Program-made: the position numbers and the translations under genes
The notes under the pieces: generated by a model
What the model saw: the letters and a program-made list of their open reading frames with translations, nothing else
Database searches by the model: none
What the model was told of the DNA's origin: nothing
Source of the DNA: an uncultured Endomicrobiia bacterium
GTDB taxonomy: Bacteria; Elusimicrobiota; Endomicrobiia; DTEH01
Reading direction: 5' to 3'
Assembly (NCBI GenBank): GCA_937928765.1
Contig: CALFVX010000001.1
Location: 16,246-80,245, forward strand
Length of the DNA: 64,000 bases
Part shown: piece after piece, positions 57,491 to 64,000 of the stretch
Position numbering within the stretch: position 1 is the first letter of the stretch
Layout of the letters: each line of letters opens with the position of its first letter

Positions 57491-58161
57491 TGAAAAAATA
57501 TCTTAGTCAACATTTTTTTGTGTTTGTGTTAATTTTTATTCCAATTTTTGTTTTCTGTGATGAAAGAGAGGATATAAGAAAGTATGTTTCTTCTTTAAAA
57601 TCTTCTGATGCTAAGGTACGTCTTGCTGCGATAGAGTCGTTAAGTAGGATACAAAACAATCCTGAAGTTGTAGATATTTTAGTTGATGCGTTCAAACAAG
57701 AGCAAGATAATTATCTTAAGATCCAAATTTTAGAAGTGCTTGCTATCCAAAAGTCAACTAAATCGTTGGAATGTATTTATTCTGCATTAGATGATACTAA
57801 TCCTTATGTTCGTCAGCAGGCAGTGATATCACTTGGGTATTATAATGACGAAGAGAAAGTGGCGAATATACTTTCAGATATTTTTGATAAAGAAGAGAAA
57901 GAGTTTGTGAAACTGACAATTGTTAATACAGTTGGTAATATGACTAACAGAGTTGCGATTCCTGTATTATCAAAAGCGTTAAATGAGAAAAATAGTAAAC
58001 AACTGCGTTTTCTTGCAATAGAAAGGCTACACAATATAGGCAATACAGAGGCACTAATAGAGTTAGAAAAATACAAAAATGATAAAGATTTGGAAATAAA
58101 GCAAAGGATAAACAAGATAATATCAGAGAAAAGGAAGAAAATTGAAATAAAGAAAAAATGA
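57490..58161 (+). CDS. HEAT/PBS-lyase-type repeat protein with signal peptide (lipoprotein-like Cys)
   Basis: Repeats of the form VRLAAIESLSRIQN...PEVVDILVDAFKQE / VRQQAVISLGYYND. Confidence 0.6.
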   Translation: MKKYLSQHFFVFVLIFIPIFVFCDEREDIRKYVSSLKSSDAKVRLAAIESLSRIQNNPEVVDILVDAFKQEQDNYLKIQILEVLAIQKSTKSLECIYSALDDTNPYVRQQAVISLGYYNDEEKVANILSDIFDKEEKEFVKLTIVNTVGNMTNRVAIPVLSKALNEKNSKQLRFLAIERLHNIGNTEALIELEKYKNDKDLEIKQRINKIISEKRKKIEIKKK

Positions 58162-61100
58162 GTAAAACCAAACAATATAAAAATTTTTGGCTGGAAATTA
58201 TATATGTTACTATTTTTTTGGTTTTGATTGTTAGTAATTTATATGCTACAAAGTCAAATTCGCATGTTGCGTTTAATCTTACTCAAACTGCACCTATGGT
58301 TAAGGAGTGGTTAGCTTCTACTGGTGAGTGGTCGGATTTTCAACTTGCTCAGGAAGTTGTTGGCACAGAGGGAATAATATATGCTGCTAAACTTATCTCT
58401 GCGCCATCTGATGGTCCAAGACCTAATGAAAAAATACTGATTGTAATGCTATTTGACAATGTTGGGAATGTAGGTAGAATTTTAGCTCAGGTTTATGATG
58501 GCACATCTTGGGGTAATCCACAGATATTACAAACATTTATTGATACTGGTCTTATAGCACCTCTATACAGATTTCCGTTTGATGCTGCTTATGAAACGGC
58601 AACAAGTACTGCAATAGTAGTTTTTACAAATGGCGATAATAATGATACAACAACAACTGCATGGGCAACCTGGGATGGAACTCAATGGATATTAAGAGGC
58701 GATATGCCTGTTCAGACAAATACAAACGCCCAATATGTCTACTGGATAAGGTTAGAAGCAAACCCGAGAGCAGGTTCTCGTGAGATATTTGCTGTTTTTG
58801 CTGATGCAAGTCTTGAGTTATATGCCGTGAGGTGGAATGGAACAAGCTGGGGTAATTCTCAAAACATAACTAACGGCACTCTAATGGGGAATGCTTTGGA
58901 AAATATTGCTTCTTACAGAAGTTTTGATATAGCATTTTCGTCAAGAACCAGTACTTTTTATATATTCGGTGCTATTGGTAGGGTATTTGAAGTTGCATAT
59001 TGGACTGGTAGTGCTTGGGCTGCTGGAACTGATAGTGTAGTTGTAGATGCTCATAATTCAACTTGGCGCTGGTGTATTGCAAAGCCAGATATTTCAGGTA
59101 ATTCAGATAGAATAGCAGTTTTTGCCCAACAGGGGACTATAAGAGCAGCATTAGGGATATTTAATGGTGGCGGTGCAGGCTCATGGTCTAATACATGGAA
59201 CACTAATAATTTTCCTAACGCTAACATTTCTGCTGGATATAGGCCAACTATAGGACTTGAATGGTTAGCAGATGGTTCACAAATAGTTCTTTCTTATTCT
59301 CAATCGGGTATTACTAATCCAAGATATAGAATACTTACATTGCCTAATACCTTAGGTGCTGAGGGTAGTGCGAACAATGTAGGCGGTTCACAGATATATC
59401 AGGTAAAAGTTTTCAGGGAGAGTGGGTCAAACAATATTATGCTTTTTACTGTTAACGACCTTGGAAGACTTACTTCGCAGCGATGGAATGGTTCTTACTG
59501 GGAGCCGGTTCAGATGGTGAATCCGTATGGAAGTTATGCTACTAATCAATTTTTTGATTTTAACGATAATATGGTTGCTTATGGTGGTAACGATCCAAGA
59601 CCTGCTTACAGGAATTGGGCTGCAGATGTTCAAACCTGGTCAGGGACAAATTCTTTTGCTATTGATATAGGTGCAAGTCCAAGGTTTGTAAGGTTTAAGG
59701 CAAGTCCAAAGAGAAATGAGAAGATACTTGTTACACAGGATAATCTTGGTCAGATAATTTCTCAGATATGGAATGGGACTACATTTGTATCAACTCAAAC
59801 ATTGACAACAGCAATAGATGCTGTAGGTGGTAAAGATTTCCGTAGAGGGTTTGATTTTGATTTTGAAAGGAAAACTGGCGATGCGTTGATAGTTTATTCA
59901 AACAATACAACAGTTCCGCAGTATAGGGTTAAAGCAGATGGTTCACTTACCTGGAGTGACCCTGTTGGTATATCAGGTTGGCCAGGGACAGGAACACCTT
60001 TATGGATAAGGTTAGAAGCAAACCCGAATCCTGATTCTGAAGAGATGATACTTGTTGTAATGGATACGAATTATGATTTATTTGCTGCTGTATGGAATGG
60101 CACTGGATGGACAAATATAATTACTCTTACGCTTAATATCGCCGGGTTAATTGAATATACACAGAACTTTGATGTTGCGTATACTTATGAACCATACTAT
60201 ATGGGTTTAGTTGTATGGGGAGATAATGCTAACCAACAGACTCCTTATTATAGAATATGGTATTCAACTTCACAAACCTGGGGTGGGACAAGAGTAGGAC
60301 TTGACCTTGACCCTAATACTAATACTGATTTAGCAAGATGGATGAAACTTAGTTCTGACAGGTCAGAGATAGGAATTTCATATGGTGGTAGGATAGCGTT
60401 GGCAGTTGCAGACGGTGATGCAGACCTTACTGCTATGATATTTTACGGCAATACACAAAGTTGGGGTGATCAATTAGTAAATGCAGAAACAGAGTTACTT
60501 GACCCGGATGCAAGCTCAGTTTATGACTTTCGAACTTTTGATATCTGTTGGGAAGGTGCTGGTGGTGATTTAATTCTTGCATATAGTGATGGTAATACCA
60601 ACTTAAGACACAGGGTTTTTAGGACTGGTGTTGGCTGGGGTCCTGAGGTTGTTAACGATACTGCTGGAAATGCTGCTATACGGCATGTGACTTTGGTTGC
60701 TGACCCTAATGACCCGAATACTAATGAACTTTTTGCAGTTGTTATAAATGCTAACGGTCAGCTCAGGATTTATCACTGGTCAAATCCTGCTGCACAAAAC
60801 GGTACTTTTGATACTCCTTTCCAGCCGAAGATATATAATGGTTTTTATTGGCAAAATACTTTCCGAACAGAACCGTTTGCTTTATGTTATGACAGAGATT
60901 ACACTCCACCTGTGGCTTATTTATCATTTCCGCAAGATGGTGGACATTACAAATATCTTAATGTAATAAGTGGTACTGCGACAGATGGTAGTGGTTATAA
61001 TGTATCAGAACTTAAAAGGGTTCAAATAGCTATACAGGATTTAACTTATCCATCAACTTATTACAGGTTAGGTGTAGGTTGGGTAGCAAGTGGTTCATTA

Positions 61101-64000
61101 ATCTGGAATGACGCTACTGGTGTAAACCCGTGGGATACAAGTGGTTGGGGCAATATTGATAGTATATGGACAAGTGGTCGTAGGTATAGAATATATGTTC
61201 GTGCGATAGACTGGGCTGATAATAGGCAGACAAGTTTAACTACTGCAGAGATAGTTTATGATAAGACAAATCCGACTGGTGCGGTTTTATATCCAAAAGA
61301 TATTTCAACACCGTCAAATCAAAGTTATATAAAAATTGATTATACTCAACCGTTGATTACAATCAGTGGGACTGCTTTTGATACTGACCCTGGTAGGATA
61401 CAGAAAGCAGTTATAAGATTACAATGTGCTGGTTCGCCTACAAAACAAAACCAGTGGTGGAACTGGACAACTGAACAATGGCAGACGGATTATTCAGATA
61501 AAGAAATTACACCGCCAGGTAATCAGTTCTCGTGGAACTGGTCAGTGACAATTACTACAAGAGCGTTTTCCGAAGACCAGACAACTTATTATATTTCAGT
61601 TCAAGTTCAGGATAAAGCAGGCAACTGGCAACCAATAGCATCAACTAATACTTTTGTGATAGACAACACTCCGCCACAAAGTGTAGTTATCTGGCCTGAT
61701 GTTAACTCAGGCCAGTTTTCGCCAATAACACTAATTTCTGGAACTTGTAGTGATACTTTTAATGTATTTTCTGCTTCTATTGCTATAAGGAAGAGCGATT
61801 CTTATTGGGACGGCAGCGGGTTTAATTCTCCAACACCTGTATGGTTTAATGTTAATGGAACTTTGAATTGGACATATCCAGCAGTTGAAAATTTGGATAA
61901 TACTGAATATAGGATTTACACTCGTGCGATGGACTATGCTGGGAATGTAGAATCAGTGAACTTAAATGTTGCAAAACGGAATTATATTATTGATGTTACA
62001 TCGCCAACTACAGTTGTTACTGTGCCACAGAACAACCAATGGTATAGTTCATTAACTCAAATTCAAGGAACTGCGAGGGATGGTCCTGAAGTTGGCTCTA
62101 TTCAAAAACTTAACTTTGTACAGATAGCAATAAGACGACTTTCAGATGGTATGTATTGGAACTGGCCTGGTTGGAGTGCAGCAACTCCGCAATGGGATTA
62201 TCAATCCTCACCACCAACACCTATAAGTGTTTCTTATACTAACTGGACAAAGAATTTTAGTGATTCCAACTGGGGTACAGTTTCAGGTTCTTCGTTTACT
62301 GTTTGGGCAAAAGCAACTGATTTAACTAAACCTACAAACTTAGTTGAACAGGTAAACCCGCCAACAGGTGGGAACACTTTCTTTTGGGATGTAACACCAC
62401 CTACTTCAACTATTACATATCCACAACATTTAGGTGTTGCAGGTACTAACCCTGTATTTTACGGTACTTACTATGATGCTCATTCAGGTATAGGACCTGC
62501 AGTAGGTGGAACAGTCAAGATAAAACTCTATGCAAAGACAGGTGTGAATGCAGGAAAGTGGTATTATGCAGGTGACTGGAGGTCAACACCGCCAACTAAC
62601 GATGACCTACCTTCAGCAGAGATTTGGCCTTCAAGTTGGAGTTGGCAAGCACCAACACTTGAAAGTGGTGCTGAATATCTTTTGGTTTCAATAGCAAAAG
62701 ATAGAGCAATTCCTGGAAATTATCAAACAGAGTTTATAGTAGGTATATCTTCAAATTCTTTCACTTGTGATAACACTGAACCTGACACAAATATAACTGT
62801 TCCTGCAACAAGTTTTAGAAATCAACTTACACAAATACAAGGTAATGCTTCTGATGCACCGCAAGCATCACAGGTTAACCGTATAGAGATAGAGATTGTT
62901 TATCCGGTTGAAGAGGATGGTACAGGTTCACCAACACATGCGTGGAATGGTACTAACTGGGTGGCTTATACAGGTTCATTTGCTACATATGTTGTAGTTA
63001 TGGGCGGGTATCCAACCTGGACATATAATGTACCTTCAAATATAAACTGGCAACAAGGAATAAGGTATAGAATAACTGCTCGTGCAGTTGATAATGTTGG
63101 TAATGTTGAGACATCGCTTACTATTGGTGATGAAATACGAGTTTTTAAATATGATGTATCTTTTCCTACTTCAACACCTACACGTTGCACAGAAGATGGT
63201 CAAATTAAGTATTTTTCTAATGAGACATATTTCCATAACTTAACCAAGATAGAAGGGACTGCACAGGATTATCCTGAAGCACCATATGGTGAACTTGCTG
63301 CAGTAGGTGTGTATATAGAAAAGATAGACAATCCTGGCGCTGGATACTTCTGGGACCAGGCAAACGGTAGATGGCGAAACGATTTAGGTCCTATAAGAAA
63401 CAATGCTACTTTAACTGCTTATGGTTGGGAGTTTGATACTTCAGGTATTAACTGGGCTACGGGACAAAATGGTGGTTATGGACCTTATTGGTCAAACGGT
63501 GGTACTTTCAGGATAAGGTCGGAAGCAAGAGATTCTGCAGTACCTGGTAATGCACCACCGCCTGCAGGAAACCGTGAGAAAGGTGGTGTATATGCAAACC
63601 TAAACTATGTAGATATAGTTTTTGATCCAAGGCCACCTGATTCTAAAATAACTAATATTCCAGCAAATGGTTATACTAACAGTTTACCAACAATTTCAGG
63701 GACTGCTTCTGATATAGATACTGCTGTTAGTTATACTCCTGTAATTGATAGTGTTAGGATAAACATATTTAAACAAAGTCCGCCACCTGCAAAAACTTAT
63801 AATGGTTCTACTTGGGAGGACGGTGAACTTTTAGATGATGCTTACTGGTTAAGTTGTAATTTTGTAGGTTATTCCTCAGGGACATGGACATATCCATCAC
63901 CTGCTTGGGAACATGGTGCAACTTATAGGATTATAAGTAAAGCAAAAGATAAAGCAAAAAATTATCAATTAGTTTTAGATACAAGAACATTTATTTTTGA
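58158..64000 (+). CDS. Giant secreted repeat protein (>1940 aa; 3' end beyond window), with an N-terminal beta-propeller-like region and C-terminal tandem Ig-like ~100-aa repeats
   Basis: I translated the frame from the ATG at 58158, which overlaps the HEAT gene stop (ATGA), to the window end and saw no in-frame stop. It starts with signal/TM MSKTKQYKNFWLEIIYVTIFLVLIVSNLYA. Internal repeats include WIRLEANP (twice, 25-nt DNA identity) and a recurring TxPT..V..P........I.GTA.D....V..V.I.I module. It is absent from the ORF track because it lacks a stop codon within the window. Confidence 0.65.
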   Translation, partial: MSKTKQYKNFWLEIIYVTIFLVLIVSNLYATKSNSHVAFNLTQTAPMVKEWLASTGEWSDFQLAQEVVGTEGIIYAAKLISAPSDGPRPNEKILIVMLFDNVGNVGRILAQVYDGTSWGNPQILQTFIDTGLIAPLYRFPFDAAYETATSTAIVVFTNGDNNDTTTTAWATWDGTQWILRGDMPVQTNTNAQYVYWIRLEANPRAGSREIFAVFADASLELYAVRWNGTSWGNSQNITNGTLMGNALENIASYRSFDIAFSSRTSTFYIFGAIGRVFEVAYWTGSAWAAGTDSVVVDAHNSTWRWCIAKPDISGNSDRIAVFAQQGTIRAALGIFNGGGAGSWSNTWNTNNFPNANISAGYRPTIGLEWLADGSQIVLSYSQSGITNPRYRILTLPNTLGAEGSANNVGGSQIYQVKVFRESGSNNIMLFTVNDLGRLTSQRWNGSYWEPVQMVNPYGSYATNQFFDFNDNMVAYGGNDPRPAYRNWAADVQTWSGTNSFAIDIGASPRFVRFKASPKRNEKILVTQDNLGQIISQIWNGTTFVSTQTLTTAIDAVGGKDFRRGFDFDFERKTGDALIVYSNNTTVPQYRVKADGSLTWSDPVGISGWPGTGTPLWIRLEANPNPDSEEMILVVMDTNYDLFAAVWNGTGWTNIITLTLNIAGLIEYTQNFDVAYTYEPYYMGLVVWGDNANQQTPYYRIWYSTSQTWGGTRVGLDLDPNTNTDLARWMKLSSDRSEIGISYGGRIALAVADGDADLTAMIFYGNTQSWGDQLVNAETELLDPDASSVYDFRTFDICWEGAGGDLILAYSDGNTNLRHRVFRTGVGWGPEVVNDTAGNAAIRHVTLVADPNDPNTNELFAVVINANGQLRIYHWSNPAAQNGTFDTPFQPKIYNGFYWQNTFRTEPFALCYDRDYTPPVAYLSFPQDGGHYKYLNVISGTATDGSGYNVSELKRVQIAIQDLTYPSTYYRLGVGWVASGSLIWNDATGVNPWDTSGWGNIDSIWTSGRRYRIYVRAIDWADNRQTSLTTAEIVYDKTNPTGAVLYPKDISTPSNQSYIKIDYTQPLITISGTAFDTDPGRIQKAVIRLQCAGSPTKQNQWWNWTTEQWQTDYSDKEITPPGNQFSWNWSVTITTRAFSEDQTTYYISVQVQDKAGNWQPIASTNTFVIDNTPPQSVVIWPDVNSGQFSPITLISGTCSDTFNVFSASIAIRKSDSYWDGSGFNSPTPVWFNVNGTLNWTYPAVENLDNTEYRIYTRAMDYAGNVESVNLNVAKRNYIIDVTSPTTVVTVPQNNQWYSSLTQIQGTARDGPEVGSIQKLNFVQIAIRRLSDGMYWNWPGWSAATPQWDYQSSPPTPISVSYTNWTKNFSDSNWGTVSGSSFTVWAKATDLTKPTNLVEQVNPPTGGNTFFWDVTPPTSTITYPQHLGVAGTNPVFYGTYYDAHSGIGPAVGGTVKIKLYAKTGVNAGKWYYAGDWRSTPPTNDDLPSAEIWPSSWSWQAPTLESGAEYLLVSIAKDRAIPGNYQTEFIVGISSNSFTCDNTEPDTNITVPATSFRNQLTQIQGNASDAPQASQVNRIEIEIVYPVEEDGTGSPTHAWNGTNWVAYTGSFATYVVVMGGYPTWTYNVPSNINWQQGIRYRITARAVDNVGNVETSLTIGDEIRVFKYDVSFPTSTPTRCTEDGQIKYFSNETYFHNLTKIEGTAQDYPEAPYGELAAVGVYIEKIDNPGAGYFWDQANGRWRNDLGPIRNNATLTAYGWEFDTSGINWATGQNGGYGPYWSNGGTFRIRSEARDSAVPGNAPPPAGNREKGGVYANLNYVDIVFDPRPPDSKITNIPANGYTNSLPTISGTASDIDTAVSYTPVIDSVRINIFKQSPPPAKTYNGSTWEDGELLDDAYWLSCNFVGYSSGTWTYPSPAWEHGATYRIISKAKDKAKNYQLVLDTRTFIF

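Noticed and set aside
57507-58175. Minus-strand ORFs over the HEAT-repeat gene (57507..57695, 57840..58175, 57944..58171)
   Set aside because: Antisense to a coherent repeat protein, and mutually overlapping in different frames.
60748-60966. 72-aa + strand ORF at 60748..60966 and minus ORFs 58624..58845, 59427..59633, 62966..63190
   Set aside because: All lie inside the long stop-free frame that starts at 58158. That frame shows a consistent repeat structure and codon usage, so these are alternative-frame artefacts.
1-64000. CRISPR arrays, insertion sequences, integrases, rRNA genes
   Set aside because: I scanned for regularly spaced direct repeats and for transposase or integrase-like ORFs and found none. 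The only substantial repeats are the ~90-bp MNT duplication and intragenic protein repeats.

Overview
This is an AT-rich, gene-dense bacterial chromosomal segment. Bacterial origin is supported by sigma70-like TTGACA/TATATA promoters, Shine-Dalgarno sites, smpB and a class-II tRNA-Leu. Almost all genes are on the + strand and many adjacent genes overlap by 4 bp (ATGA). The order of genes and elements is: ilvB (3' end), ilvN, two-subunit class I fumarate hydratase, an M23 peptidase plus bactofilin pair, an orphan V-ATPase D subunit, cysE, smpB and pyrE. Then comes an ~18.5 kb translationally coupled envelope operon: DUF58, two vWA/BatA-like membrane proteins, DUF4159, two tandem DUF2723/TMTC-like GT-C glycosyltransferases with TPR tails, a GT28/MGDG-synthase-like glycosyltransferase, a 1102-aa membrane coiled-coil protein, a HExxH-TPR protein, DUF2851 and a poly(A)-polymerase-family nucleotidyltransferase. 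A clear c-di-GMP-I (GEMM) riboswitch follows, leading a five-gene cluster. That cluster encodes a CTD-only T9SS/FlgD-Ig-like mini-protein, a FadL/PorV-like outer-membrane protein with TPRs, a two-TM protein carrying a well-conserved FliG C-terminal (torque-helix) domain plus TPRs, and two giant coiled-coil proteins of 1602 and 1065 aa. I flag this cluster as a candidate undescribed c-di-GMP-regulated envelope or motility-like apparatus. It is followed directly by an M16 active/inactive peptidase pair and a family-5 substrate-binding protein. Downstream are tRNA-Leu(CAA) on the minus strand, a HAD hydrolase, DUF192, a radical-SAM SPL-like protein, rmuC, trpA, argH, lysA, dapF, a hydrogenase maturation protease with hypA and hypF, and DUF1015. 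The right end is a compositionally distinct, visibly higher-GC island. It contains a truncated nucleotidyltransferase duplicate, Phd/RelE and MNT/HEPN toxin-antitoxin pairs, a HEAT-repeat lipoprotein, and a giant (>1940 aa) secreted repeat/Ig-like protein that runs off the window end. No CRISPR array, integrase, transposase or rRNA was seen.
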